From a virus (lineage: Duplodnaviria > Caudoviricetes), in the IMG/VR virus record IMGVR_UViG_3300031548_000003, positions 1-64,000 of that record: a DNA stretch of 64,000 bases. One strand, given 5' to 3'. Below, in pieces: positions 8,969 to 19,512 of the stretch (within the stretch, counting starts at the first letter, position 1; every line of letters begins with the position of its first letter). Under the pieces are notes generated by a model. It saw only the letters and a list, made by a program, of their open reading frames with translations, did no database searches and had not been told where the DNA came from. Both the position numbers and the translations under genes were made by a program.

Positions 8969-10437
8969 TAGTAGGCTTTCTTACCACCTAGATTTATTTT
9001 TTTGACTTCACTAGCTTTTTGAGACATTACATCCTCATACGCGCCTAGTTCAGTGAGTATTTGAACTACCTTATCACTGGATAACTTCGTGAACTCTGAT
9101 TCATCTGCATTTTTGTAAAAATCTTTCCAGTTATCTATGTAATACAAATCTTTGCCTCTGTGCTTGCCTACTATTAAATCTCCATCTGGTGTTTTAAAAT
9201 TTGTTGAATTATTCCTAAAGAATAGGAATGGATCTTTAACTCCTTTTAGTTGATCTACGTGTGCAGTTCTAACTCCTTCAACTTTTTCAGATGATTCTTT
9301 ACCCAGTTGTGATACTTGATTTTTAATTTGATCTGCATTCAACGGCATAAGAGTGCTGTTGATTAAAGAACCTGTTGAATCTAACAACCCCTGATTACGA
9401 GCGGTCTCCATGAATTTATCTACAGAACCATATTTAGGGTTACTAGAGACAAAATCCCTTGTAACTGCATCACCAGATTTATTAGATACAATCTCTGAAG
9501 GAATCTTGTTATCAGTGAATTCAATTTCTACTTGATTCGTTGCTGGGTCAAGTCTCCACCATTTTACAATCTTATCCTTAATAACTGGGTTTCCATTACT
9601 ATCAACCCCTGCTTGATATTTTCCGACGGAATCCCCACGTCCATCTTCATTTATTAAGTAAACCTTACCATCAATTACTTTTTTAGTATATGTTCCTGGA
9701 TTCCAGACGCCCTGAGAAAGGTTGGTATACTTCCGAAGCAACCCTATTTGAAAATCATTTTTACCACTACCTCTACCTGAATCACTAAATGCAGAAGCAG
9801 GTGTTGTATAGGCGTTGTTTACCAGATAGCTTTTTTGAAGATTACCAGCCTCTTTTGAGAGATAGCCTTGTCTTACCTGCTCATCAATTTGTTCCGCTTC
9901 TCTCGCGATTACAGCGTTTATTCTAGCTTGATCTTGCGGTGTATAAGAATTTTCTCTTCCCCTGATGTTCGCCTCTTTTACATTTTCTAGCGGAGCAGTT
10001 GAATAATAGTTCTCAGGATTCTGCATATAATTTCCTGAACGATCTACCCCCTGATTAAATCTGATTTTCCCCTCTGCCTCTAAAGGACGAAGTTGTTGTT
10101 CTGCTAGATATTCATTCTTTAACGCATTAGTTGCATGTTTTACCGCAGCGTCTAGTTTTAAGTAGGCTAAATGTTCAGGTCCACCGCCTTCCTGAGTAAA
10201 GTCAGGCTTGGTCACATCAATTCCCTTTTTTGCTAACTCCTGCGCATAATTTCTCAGAATACTCATGTTTTCATAAACATCTTGAGTCAATTTACTCCTA
10301 TTAGCTAGAAGATCATTTTTATCATATTGTCCTACTTCTGGATCAGAAGTAACAGATTCTTCAGCCATTTGTGAAGGCTGCGGGATTTGATCCCTTCCTA
10401 TTCTAAAGTTATAACCTAATGCGTCTCCGTATCCCAT
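8968..10437 (-). CDS. Putative internal virion (ejection) protein
   Basis: 489 aa; position between tail nozzle and the largest core gene. Confidence 0.55.
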   Translation of the reverse strand: MGYGDALGYNFRIGRDQIPQPSQMAEESVTSDPEVGQYDKNDLLANRSKLTQDVYENMSILRNYAQELAKKGIDVTKPDFTQEGGGPEHLAYLKLDAAVKHATNALKNEYLAEQQLRPLEAEGKIRFNQGVDRSGNYMQNPENYYSTAPLENVKEANIRGRENSYTPQDQARINAVIAREAEQIDEQVRQGYLSKEAGNLQKSYLVNNAYTTPASAFSDSGRGSGKNDFQIGLLRKYTNLSQGVWNPGTYTKKVIDGKVYLINEDGRGDSVGKYQAGVDSNGNPVIKDKIVKWWRLDPATNQVEIEFTDNKIPSEIVSNKSGDAVTRDFVSSNPKYGSVDKFMETARNQGLLDSTGSLINSTLMPLNADQIKNQVSQLGKESSEKVEGVRTAHVDQLKGVKDPFLFFRNNSTNFKTPDGDLIVGKHRGKDLYYIDNWKDFYKNADESEFTKLSSDKVVQILTELGAYEDVMSQKASEVKKINLGGKKAY

Positions 10438-10438
10438 A

Positions 10439-11458
10439 TTAATATCCCGTGTACATTTCCTCTTCTTGAGGACTTAGTTTATTATCTAAATAATTAATAG
10501 CAGGTTCTATTTTACCAGAGATACCTGGATGAACATTATCTAATTGATCGAAGAATCTCTTGTATTTATTTCTAGCTTGATACTGCCCTGCTACAGGGGC
10601 TATTCTACCAGCTAGATTATAGAGAGAGTTATTCAAATTCTGACGACCTACCGATCCGATTTGACCATAAGCTGCTTGCTCATTTTGATACTGATTCAGA
10701 TCTTGTGGGTAGAAACTTGCTTGATTTTCAAATATGTTTTGAGTTTCATTCAACCTCTGCCCTAACAGATTATTATAATTTGCTGTTTGTTCTCTGCGGA
10801 TATCGTTAGCTAATGGTATAAGTTCCATACCCGCTCTGCGTCTTCTGTTTGCAGCTACTTGCGCATAAGAACCAAAAGCCCCTGCTTGTCCAGTAGAGGC
10901 TGTCTTAGCGTTTTGTAAGTCTGACAGATATTGATCTTGTATCTGAGCTTCTGCCGGAGCTAAAGCCGATGCAGTATCATAAGTTCCTTCAGATGCTGCC
11001 CGCAGTGCTTGTTGAAGATATAAATCTCGTTGGGGAATAGCAGGTCTTCCAGGTCTGCGGGATTTTGATAATCCTTGTTTAGATTGATTGATCTGAGCAA
11101 CTGATTGAGCAATATCCGTCGCCCCAAGTAAAACATTCAGACCTTGAGCAATTTTGTCAGAATTAGCTTTAGCCTCACTTTCTTGAGCTAACTGCAAAGC
11201 TTGTTCCCGATAGGAAGGATTTTGCAAAGCTTGTTGTCCAGCAAGAAGCGCTGTCTCGGCAGTGAGATTAGGGGGAATAGTTTTATCTTCCTTTGATAAT
11301 TTTACAATCTGATCATTTAATTCTGACAATCTCTTTTTGTCATTTGGATCAGGAGTAAATTCAGCAAAGAATCTAAAATCCTCATTGCTTATACGATCAC
11401 CTCCACCAGATTGAAGTCTTTGTAGAATCTGGAGATATCTTTTTAAATCTTCTTTCAT
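10439..11458 (-). CDS. Putative internal virion protein
   Basis: 339 aa; Gln/Ala/Asn-rich helical; same operon. Confidence 0.55.
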   Translation of the reverse strand: MKEDLKRYLQILQRLQSGGGDRISNEDFRFFAEFTPDPNDKKRLSELNDQIVKLSKEDKTIPPNLTAETALLAGQQALQNPSYREQALQLAQESEAKANSDKIAQGLNVLLGATDIAQSVAQINQSKQGLSKSRRPGRPAIPQRDLYLQQALRAASEGTYDTASALAPAEAQIQDQYLSDLQNAKTASTGQAGAFGSYAQVAANRRRRAGMELIPLANDIRREQTANYNNLLGQRLNETQNIFENQASFYPQDLNQYQNEQAAYGQIGSVGRQNLNNSLYNLAGRIAPVAGQYQARNKYKRFFDQLDNVHPGISGKIEPAINYLDNKLSPQEEEMYTGY

Positions 11459-12057
11459 TGATATAAGTTTCTTAATCTACGATTAGGATTTATACGCTGG
11501 TTATAGTCCTCTATTTGATTCATTTGATTATGATACGATACATCTGAATCATTGTATTGTTTTTGTGCGGTACTTACCTGATTAAGCGCATTATTCTTTT
11601 CACGCGTTTGTCTTCTTTTTCTGGATCTTCCGCCTATCAAAGAGCCGCCTAATCCAACCGCTGCACCAACAGCAGCCCCTAACGGACCAAATGCAGCCCC
11701 TGTTTGAGCACCTTGAATAGTGCTTGATGCAACTTCTCCAAATGTTGCCCCTTGAGGTTTAGCTGCAAAAGCCTGAGCTTGTAAATCCCCAGCGGTATAA
11801 ACAGGTCTTCCATATATGTCAGTCTGAGGATTTATGTTTGTATCAAGATTAAGTCCTTGCTGACTCATACTATAGATATTTGTACCTAATGCTAAAGCAC
11901 CCAGACCTGTATCCGCATAAGAAGATATATTGGGGGAAGTTTTAGGCATGGATGGAGGAGTCACTCTCAAATTAGGATTAGGCCCGCCTTGAGGCATTCT
12001 TATGGGAGTTGGATTTTTCCAATTATTGGTACTTATACCGTCAAAAAAAGGATTCAT
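11455..12057 (-). CDS. Putative ejection protein with Gly-zipper membrane segment
   Basis: GAAFGPLGAAVGAAVGLGGSLIG followed by a basic patch; position typical of podovirus core proteins. Confidence 0.55.
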   Translation of the reverse strand: MNPFFDGISTNNWKNPTPIRMPQGGPNPNLRVTPPSMPKTSPNISSYADTGLGALALGTNIYSMSQQGLNLDTNINPQTDIYGRPVYTAGDLQAQAFAAKPQGATFGEVASSTIQGAQTGAAFGPLGAAVGAAVGLGGSLIGGRSRKRRQTREKNNALNQVSTAQKQYNDSDVSYHNQMNQIEDYNQRINPNRRLRNLYQ

Positions 12058-15000
12058 TAAAAAGGCGTTCGTTTAGATGGGTAGTATTTAGTATGTAGAC
12101 TGGAAAGTGCGGATTGAATGTTTTTCCACTTAATCGTAAGTAAAGCCCTCATTCCCCTCGCTCTTGCCTTGTTTGAGTCTCTGCCAACCGGCATTTTAAA
12201 CACGTTTTCTATAGATGGAACGTCAAAATTAATGCCACTAATTGTTTGATTTCCCCTGGCTGTATCCTGCTCAATTACCATATCTCCCTCATCCAAAGCC
12301 TCGGTTGCGGGTAACATCAAGACATCAAAAGTCTTAGCAATTTCTCCTTCCGGGTTGATACAGACCTTAACCCTCGGAGTTACCGTGACGCCAAATAATT
12401 GGTTAACACTTCCCGTGTACATTGAATAGATTGAAAGGGTTGATCCTACTTTTCCAGTTACGAATAGATTTTTATTAAAGACTCCAGATGAAGGGGTAAA
12501 TTCATAATCTCCTACCCATCCTATCTTAGGGTTAAATACTTCTACTCTACCCCCTGCAATCAGTAAATATTCATCTCGAATGAAATCATAGAAGCCTATT
12601 ACCTCACTTTCATTTAGAGTATTAGAGAATAGAGTTCTGAAAAGGGTCTCGTTATCTTTAGTTATTGGTTGTAAATCAGTTCCAGATAAGGCATAGATGC
12701 TCTTATTTATATTGTCAGGTAAGTAGATTACATTACCTGTCTCCACGATGCCTCTGATGTGCTGAGAGCCTCGTTGGGAGTCGACTACCACTGGTCTACC
12801 TATTACATCCCCGCTTCTAACAGCGAGTGTGTCTGCATTGGTCTGCTCTATCTGGCGCTCCCCCGTAGGAATGTAGGTCACCCCTTTTTCCTGGATAGCG
12901 TATAGATTATCTCCTGCAAGAGCAAGCTTGGTTATTCCGTATCGTTGTTCTTCAAGATCATAAAAATCAGCAGATCTGAATATGTCAAATCCTGCTTGAT
13001 CTGAGTTGTAGATTTTGATATCAGACCATATCATTCTGGCAGGGAACTCATTCTCTACGAATGAATATTGAGGTTTGGTAACATATATCTTATCTGAGTT
13101 CTGCTTGGATAGGTTTATGTTATAACTGTAGCTCAAAGGTGCCCTGATGACCTCATTAGAAGTATTGTTCACTACAGGCATTCCGTTCACTGCTGGCGAA
13201 CGTTCAACTAAGGTATCAAAATCTCTTACTGAACCATTATATTCAGACTCCAGAATGACTGTAATGTACTGCCCTACATTCTCCAAGGCTACAGGAATGC
13301 ACATCGCTCTCCCGTATGAGTTTAAATAATATAAACCCCACTTACTAATAAGCTGATCAGCTCCTTGACTGGCAGTGACTTGGTTAGTCACGGAGTAAGC
13401 TGAGTCTGCAATCTTGAAAGTTTGAGATCCAATGAAACAATCTCCTCCCCACACCTCCATATTAACAGAAACAGAACCTCCTGATTCAAGAGTGGCTACT
13501 TCTGAAGGAGTAAAAGTATACGTTGCTCCCGTTGAGATGTATTCGTGGAAACTTGTAGCATCTCCATATCTGTCATCACCAAGACCTAATGTAACATTAA
13601 CAATATTACAAGCGTTAACAATACTTCTGTTGGAGAAATTAGCGTATGGTAGATAAGTAGTGTCAGTTACATAGTTGTTATTTACAGACGTAAATGATTC
13701 ATATTTTATACCTGAAGACCCAATTACGGACCCACCCCCGTTATTATAACTATTTAGAATCCCGTTTGCAAAATTAGTTGTAGTTGAAGTTGTTACTCCT
13801 TGGGTTGTAATATCTGGAAAACGTAACCCACCAATCTGAATAACAGTTGATTTTTGAATATTAGGTTTATACCCAAGATTAACTCCAGTTGTCTGCATTG
13901 CTTCATAATCCATTACAGATACGCCTGACACACTAGCTGTTTCTCCGAAATTAACAAAGTTCTCACTGTCTACTATAGGTACATTTTTCTCAAAAGATGG
14001 TATTGATTTTGCAACCCAGTTTGGATCAAAAAAATAATCTCCGGCATTTAACGCGTAAAAATTACCAGATACGTTTGTATTAATATCATCACCACTAATT
14101 ACTGCTATAGTTTTACTTGGATTACCGGTAAAGAGATCAAGTCGTAATAACGCTTTATCAATAACACTCATTTTCTCAGAACCGATAAAGGTATATGGTT
14201 CTGTTGTGTATGGAGAGGACCACATCATTAAAAAATTAGAATAACTCTGATTAGTTAGTGAAGCCTCCCCTCTCTTTTTGGTATTAGTACCTGATCCTGT
14301 ATTATCAGGAAGCGGTACTATTCCCTTCATCTGTGGCCAGAATAAATTCTTAGGATGAAGAATCCTTCCGGCTGTCATAGGCTGAGCATCTGCAACAGTC
14401 ACAGTAGCTCCATTATTATAAACAGTAGGATAATTACCAAGCGCACCTATCCCATAAATATCTACCATCGGAATGATAGGAGATTGGAAAAGAATGTTTT
14501 TCCTTCTTTGTAATCTTACTATGTGAATCTTCTTAGCCCATGATGGATGATTGACGATTCCGTTAAGATTCAAGCCTAGTCCTTTAATATAACCAGACGT
14601 ATTAAACAATGAGTAAGTATTAGATACATGACGACCAGGGAACTTCATGTCAGTTCCTGAAGTAATTTGATTACCTGTTATCGCGGACAGATTGAGAGCA
14701 ACTGCTGGAGATTTATTTCCATCCTCATCCTCGTATACCACACCAAATCGGTATACCTCATCTCTAAAGTATCCTAGATATTTGGAGGAAAATTCAGCAG
14801 AGGAATAAGCGTCTTGATTAGAATCAACCCTTGTTGCAATTGATCCACTCGTAATTGAAGGAGTTCCGTTATCAAATTCTAATGGAGTGTACTTTACATT
14901 ACCCCCCATCAACCTGTTCTCCTTAATTTTTAAGGATTTAACAGTTTCAATCTGAGCCAGATCAACAACAATATCTGATAAAGGAATTGTCCCTATTCGA

Positions 15001-15899
15001 GTATTAGCTTTGTAATCGAACGTAAGTGATGTTGAAGGTATTGCTGTAATCTCCAGCAGAGACGCTGTAGGTACAAAGATATTGTCAGCCGTATACCCTG
15101 CTGCACTAGCTCCTACATTATCAATCACTGCTAGTTGAAGATAATCAAAATTATCAGTCTCAGCAGTTGATGGTGTAATAGAAAGAGTAATCTTACGAGA
15201 TGTCAACAATCCTATTCCAGCATGTATAATAGATCCTGAATTAGCTGCATCATATACATGAATAGGATTAGTTAAGCTTGACCATTTAGTGAACCTCTTG
15301 TTTGTAGGGTCCGCCATGCGATAGGTAAATTGATATGTCCCAGAAAGTAATGAACCTCCTGAAGCAATAGATGATAATGCTATCGAGCCTACTGCCCCTT
15401 TACGTTGAAGGGAAATGTCAAACGAAGTAAGATAATTTGCAGTGTAAGGAGAAGGTAACTCACATTTTATGAACCTTAATCCTTTATAAAAATCTGTAAA
15501 GTATACATAATCAACTCCACCTTCTGGATAATTAACTGCGTCAATAAGTCTATCCTGAGTTTCAACACCTTCCTCATACAATTCATACAGAGCGTTGCTA
15601 TCAATATCATAACACCATATTTTGAACAGAGTTGAAGTGATTGTAAAATAGAGATTACATCTTTTAGATACCCCTCCGATCAAGAATTTAACAGGAATAG
15701 ATCCTATCTCCTTTACAGTGGAATTATTAATGATATTCTTTAGGAGTGTTGTTCCCTGAATATTTCGAAGGGAATTAAATGTACCATCACCTATTAACTC
15801 AAGATTATGAGCCTCCAGGTATTGATCCTGACTAATGATTGCTTTTGAATCATCGACGTTTCTGCCTCTAAGAAAATTATTGATTGTCCTTCTAATCAA
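12057..15899 (-). CDS. Tail stabilisation / nozzle protein (crAss-like, P22 gp10-like role)
   Basis: 1280 aa beta-rich; follows the ring-protein genes; C-terminal RARGMRALLTIKW region fits this family. Confidence 0.7.
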   Translation of the reverse strand: MIRRTINNFLRGRNVDDSKAIISQDQYLEAHNLELIGDGTFNSLRNIQGTTLLKNIINNSTVKEIGSIPVKFLIGGVSKRCNLYFTITSTLFKIWCYDIDSNALYELYEEGVETQDRLIDAVNYPEGGVDYVYFTDFYKGLRFIKCELPSPYTANYLTSFDISLQRKGAVGSIALSSIASGGSLLSGTYQFTYRMADPTNKRFTKWSSLTNPIHVYDAANSGSIIHAGIGLLTSRKITLSITPSTAETDNFDYLQLAVIDNVGASAAGYTADNIFVPTASLLEITAIPSTSLTFDYKANTRIGTIPLSDIVVDLAQIETVKSLKIKENRLMGGNVKYTPLEFDNGTPSITSGSIATRVDSNQDAYSSAEFSSKYLGYFRDEVYRFGVVYEDEDGNKSPAVALNLSAITGNQITSGTDMKFPGRHVSNTYSLFNTSGYIKGLGLNLNGIVNHPSWAKKIHIVRLQRRKNILFQSPIIPMVDIYGIGALGNYPTVYNNGATVTVADAQPMTAGRILHPKNLFWPQMKGIVPLPDNTGSGTNTKKRGEASLTNQSYSNFLMMWSSPYTTEPYTFIGSEKMSVIDKALLRLDLFTGNPSKTIAVISGDDINTNVSGNFYALNAGDYFFDPNWVAKSIPSFEKNVPIVDSENFVNFGETASVSGVSVMDYEAMQTTGVNLGYKPNIQKSTVIQIGGLRFPDITTQGVTTSTTTNFANGILNSYNNGGGSVIGSSGIKYESFTSVNNNYVTDTTYLPYANFSNRSIVNACNIVNVTLGLGDDRYGDATSFHEYISTGATYTFTPSEVATLESGGSVSVNMEVWGGDCFIGSQTFKIADSAYSVTNQVTASQGADQLISKWGLYYLNSYGRAMCIPVALENVGQYITVILESEYNGSVRDFDTLVERSPAVNGMPVVNNTSNEVIRAPLSYSYNINLSKQNSDKIYVTKPQYSFVENEFPARMIWSDIKIYNSDQAGFDIFRSADFYDLEEQRYGITKLALAGDNLYAIQEKGVTYIPTGERQIEQTNADTLAVRSGDVIGRPVVVDSQRGSQHIRGIVETGNVIYLPDNINKSIYALSGTDLQPITKDNETLFRTLFSNTLNESEVIGFYDFIRDEYLLIAGGRVEVFNPKIGWVGDYEFTPSSGVFNKNLFVTGKVGSTLSIYSMYTGSVNQLFGVTVTPRVKVCINPEGEIAKTFDVLMLPATEALDEGDMVIEQDTARGNQTISGINFDVPSIENVFKMPVGRDSNKARARGMRALLTIKWKNIQSALSSLHTKYYPSKRTPF

Positions 15900-16576
15900 A
15901 ACTTACTGTAATTAAAATTTGGAAGTAATCTTACCCAACTACGAGATATTGTTTTGGCTTTATCGTTGCTCAGCGACATTGCCTTTTTTCTAGCTACTAC
16001 TCTATCATTTTGCCATGCCCATTGTGTCCAGTTATTTGCAATCTCAGATTGGTTCTCGTTTTTCTTAGCACTCTTAGCCCACCTTATGTAACACATAATT
16101 GCGAACTTCTCATCTTGACGAATCATTGGATATCCGTTATTGTCTAGTGGATAAGCGTAGTATCTTACAGCAGCATAGGCTACATCAGCTCCATTCGTAC
16201 CTAGATAGAAAGCAGTCTGATCTTCACTTACGTCAACTGATACTGTATAGGGGGGATCAGAAGGACTGATTGTTGTTGCTGGAGATATTCTTGTATCTGG
16301 ATAAATTCTTTTCTTACCCGCTCTGAATGTATGTGGTACATAAACTCCATTAGCATCATATAAAGCCATCTCTATATAATGCCTCATATCTTTTGGTTTT
16401 TTTAAAATGAGATTTTTTGCTGTAATAGTGCATGCCTGGATTTCGTCCTCACTCGTCCCTAGTTGCTCCAATGCGGTCATTGCCCACTGACGAGCAATAG
16501 ACCAATCAGCAGCATCCGTATCCGGGGTGATAGAGATCGCTTCTGCGATGACTGCATTTAAGGGTAAGTAGTTCAT
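15896..16576 (-). CDS. Tail ring / tubular protein
   Basis: 226 aa; AVRYYAYPLDNNGYPMI motif; synteny with crAss-like ring proteins. Confidence 0.6.
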   Translation of the reverse strand: MNYLPLNAVIAEAISITPDTDAADWSIARQWAMTALEQLGTSEDEIQACTITAKNLILKKPKDMRHYIEMALYDANGVYVPHTFRAGKKRIYPDTRISPATTISPSDPPYTVSVDVSEDQTAFYLGTNGADVAYAAVRYYAYPLDNNGYPMIRQDEKFAIMCYIRWAKSAKKNENQSEIANNWTQWAWQNDRVVARKKAMSLSNDKAKTISRSWVRLLPNFNYSKF

Positions 16577-17274
16577 TCAGTAAGTTGTTGTTCTCCAGAT
16601 TTTATTGCAGTATGGTACTGTAATTTTTTATTATCCTGCCCATCATTCTCTTGATCTTGTTGAGTTCCATATAGTTCTCGTTTAGCTTGATCAACTGTCA
16701 TGGCTATGAGCTGAGGAGCCACCAAATCAGAAACTAGAAATTCATCAGAATCCTCTAGCTCCAATAAGTTCTGTTTAGGTACATAGTCAATATTAAGCTC
16801 AGTGAAGGGTAAGTCTACAGGCTTGAAACCTTCTACAAACAGAAGTTGTCCTTGTCTATAATAAACTAAGTTTTCAAGTGAAGGGCTTGCATAAGGCATA
16901 TAACGAATCATGTCGATGGTCTCAACACTCATCTTAGTTACCATGTCCCCTTCATCTGTAGAGACTCTGATGATACCCGCATCTTTATTTAGTGTAAGTA
17001 CATCTTCGGGGAGAGTTACAAAAACCCTATCATTACAATCATCAGTGCAGTCTACGTCCTCTTGTTCAGGTACTTTACAGGTAGCTCTTTTTTTATAGAT
17101 AACAGGAATTTGTTCATCTCGCGCAATTTTAGAATTACACTCCGTTGCTACGAGCATGTTGAGAAAATATGAACCCCAGAACTTAATCTGACGTTTATCT
17201 AATTCAGCGTCATCGGAGATTGCCCCCTGATATGCCTGCAATTCAATATCTGAAACAAATTGCTCTACTGTCAT
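16573..17274 (-). CDS. Tail ring / adaptor protein
   Basis: 233 aa; DSDEFLVSDLVAPQLIAMTV C-terminus; synteny. Confidence 0.6.
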   Translation of the reverse strand: MTVEQFVSDIELQAYQGAISDDAELDKRQIKFWGSYFLNMLVATECNSKIARDEQIPVIYKKRATCKVPEQEDVDCTDDCNDRVFVTLPEDVLTLNKDAGIIRVSTDEGDMVTKMSVETIDMIRYMPYASPSLENLVYYRQGQLLFVEGFKPVDLPFTELNIDYVPKQNLLELEDSDEFLVSDLVAPQLIAMTVDQAKRELYGTQQDQENDGQDNKKLQYHTAIKSGEQQLTE

Positions 17275-17282
17275 AATATTTT

Positions 17283-17783
17283 TTAGAGTACACAGACATT
17301 AAACTCTACTGAGTTTTCCGGTAAAGTTTTATCTGGACATATACTTAGAAATTTGAAATAATTTTGAGTATCATTAGCTACATGGCCTTCATAAATTACA
17401 TCTTCAAAGCGTATAGGTTTTTTCGTCTTCGGATCTTTGATAGGTTTCTTAGTTCCAGGATATTTAGGTATAAATACTTTCACTTCTCTTCTAAAACTAT
17501 CAACAAATATTTTCTCTACGAACGAGACGTTATCAACATCTAAAGCGTGGTTATAAAATACAATCAACCCAAATTGATCAACTTTAGGTATCTTTAGTTT
17601 TTTGAAGAGATTCCTAAATTCTTTTGTAAACTTCTCCTCTAGTTTATGTCTTACAGTCCAGTGCCTTGATTGATATATATCGTTAGTTGACGGTATATTC
17701 CCAATAAACATAACAGAGTGTACTTGTTTAACTATTCCAAATGTTCTGAACAGCCCCAATAGTCTTCTGAATATCTCACTCAT
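17283..17783 (-). CDS. RusA-like Holliday junction resolvase
   Basis: IPSTN...HW; DVDNVSFVEKIFVDS...ND acidic triad pattern; carries a basic insert. Confidence 0.65.
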   Translation of the reverse strand: MSEIFRRLLGLFRTFGIVKQVHSVMFIGNIPSTNDIYQSRHWTVRHKLEEKFTKEFRNLFKKLKIPKVDQFGLIVFYNHALDVDNVSFVEKIFVDSFRREVKVFIPKYPGTKKPIKDPKTKKPIRFEDVIYEGHVANDTQNYFKFLSICPDKTLPENSVEFNVCVL

Positions 17784-18418
17784 TGTGCGGATTGGACTCC
17801 CGTATTTCTTAAATTGACAATTAATTCTTCATCTCTTATTCCCACTCCAGCAAGCTTCACTGCACCGAAGATTACCTGATTCATGACGTAATCATCCCAA
17901 TCAGGGCTGTTACCATCTGTCATTACTTTAGGAGTTTTAATCACTGTAACAGACACTGGCAGTGTCACAGTTGGGTACAATCTATAACCACCTGCTGTTA
18001 TGGTGAATAACGGATAATCAGTCTCCGGTGCTTTAAACACATTGTTTTTATAGGCAAAGAGATTATTGTGTTTTACAAATTTGATTAGAATATCACCTTG
18101 AGCCAAGGCTAGTATTCTAAATACCGAGCACCCACTGTCACCACTAGCTGTTATCAGTGCAGTAGTTAATGCTGAGTTTGTAAGTATACTAGCAGATGGG
18201 GCTATGGTAAGGGTATAGATTAGGGGTTTTATATTCTCGATAGTATTTGAATCCATCTCTACATTCACTACTCCGCCTAAGCTATCAGGTATGAGTTTGT
18301 TTAATACCTCTTCCTGAGCCATATTGAGGTGGCCAATCCATTCATCATCCTCTATTGATGGTGATCCCCACTTATCAGCAAGCGTCTTACACCTTTCTAT
18401 CGCTACAGCAGTAGTCAT
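17780..18418 (-). CDS. Tail gatekeeper / ring protein
   Basis: 212 aa; LNMAQEEV and APETDYP motifs; synteny. Confidence 0.6.
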   Translation of the reverse strand: MTTAVAIERCKTLADKWGSPSIEDDEWIGHLNMAQEEVLNKLIPDSLGGVVNVEMDSNTIENIKPLIYTLTIAPSASILTNSALTTALITASGDSGCSVFRILALAQGDILIKFVKHNNLFAYKNNVFKAPETDYPLFTITAGGYRLYPTVTLPVSVTVIKTPKVMTDGNSPDWDDYVMNQVIFGAVKLAGVGIRDEELIVNLRNTGVQSAQ

Positions 18419-18420
18419 AT

Positions 18421-18972
18421 TTAGATGTTATCCTTTCCTACATAGGCTATTAATCCTACAGGTGGCGTAGGAGTTGTTGCATATACTCTTCTTACTGCAA
18501 TTGATGATTCTTCCCCTTGGGCGATATAAATTGTAACAGGTGTATCAGCAAGGGCTGTCCCTGAGAGATCACCAGTGGCGTTCGCTATTGCTATAGTGCT
18601 ATTAACAGCACCAGTGAATACTAACTTTGTGCTTGTGCTTCTGACTTTAATATTAAGAGCAGATAATGATGTTGTATGTGTACTTACAAAATTGGTTGCT
18701 GTTGTAGTTAATGAAGATGAAAATGTAACTAGGTATGCTGTACCATTAATTGTAATATTAGCTGTACCTGATGTCCCTGTTAAGGTAAATCCCGCAGGGC
18801 TTGATTGAGCTGCTGGCATTACTCTTACAGTACCCCCTGCTGCTGGATTGTGTACATAACACATTGTGTATCCGTTTGGATTATTTGGGTCATCCTTTAC
18901 ATCAAGTGTGTCACTACTCGTTATGGCAAAAGCATCCGAAGATTTAAGAGAGAGGAATTGATTAGCGGACAT
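18421..18972 (-). CDS. Virion structural protein
   Basis: Thr/Ser/Gly-rich beta protein; IAVRRVYAT C-terminus. Confidence 0.6.
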   Translation of the reverse strand: MSANQFLSLKSSDAFAITSSDTLDVKDDPNNPNGYTMCYVHNPAAGGTVRVMPAAQSSPAGFTLTGTSGTANITINGTAYLVTFSSSLTTTATNFVSTHTTSLSALNIKVRSTSTKLVFTGAVNSTIAIANATGDLSGTALADTPVTIYIAQGEESSIAVRRVYATTPTPPVGLIAYVGKDNI

Positions 18973-19018
18973 TCTTAGTTATTTTTAGTTATTCTGTAGT
19001 CAAAAATTGTACCGTAAA

Positions 19019-19414
19019 TTAGTTACCAGAGGCGCTCATGTTGATTGATTCTCCAAGTTGATCAAAGAACAACGAGGACAGTTCTTCGAACTTATTAGCC
19101 GCTATAAATGCAGCAACAATAACCTCTGAACTTACTGGTGCAGCTCCTAAGTCAATCGACATTGATTTAGCCAGTTTACACATCTTCAGCCCTAATTGAT
19201 GATCAGTTGATATGAAGTCATTAAGTAATAAATTTACTGAGTTAATTCTGTCTTTTGCCCACTTAATACGTGCGACCTCATTTGCTAATCCTGCTCCGTC
19301 ATGTAAAGCCCAGTAAGAGGCATAGTCTCTTAATGCCCACTGCACCTGTGCTACAAAACCTGAATCATTTTGTAATGATTGTTTTTCTTCTGATGTCAAT
19401 ACTCTGAATGCCAT
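19019..19414 (-). CDS. Hypothetical protein downstream of the fibre (possible chaperone)
   Basis: 131 aa ORF directly after the long fibre. Confidence 0.55.
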   Translation of the reverse strand: MAFRVLTSEEKQSLQNDSGFVAQVQWALRDYASYWALHDGAGLANEVARIKWAKDRINSVNLLLNDFISTDHQLGLKMCKLAKSMSIDLGAAPVSSEVIVAAFIAANKFEELSSLFFDQLGESINMSASGN

Positions 19415-19512
19415 ATTATTATCTATTTTTAATTTTTATCTTATTTTATACTATTTAGTCGATGCCACTTTGAATAAATAATTTGATTGTTTTCATTGTG
19501 CTTTATGGTTTT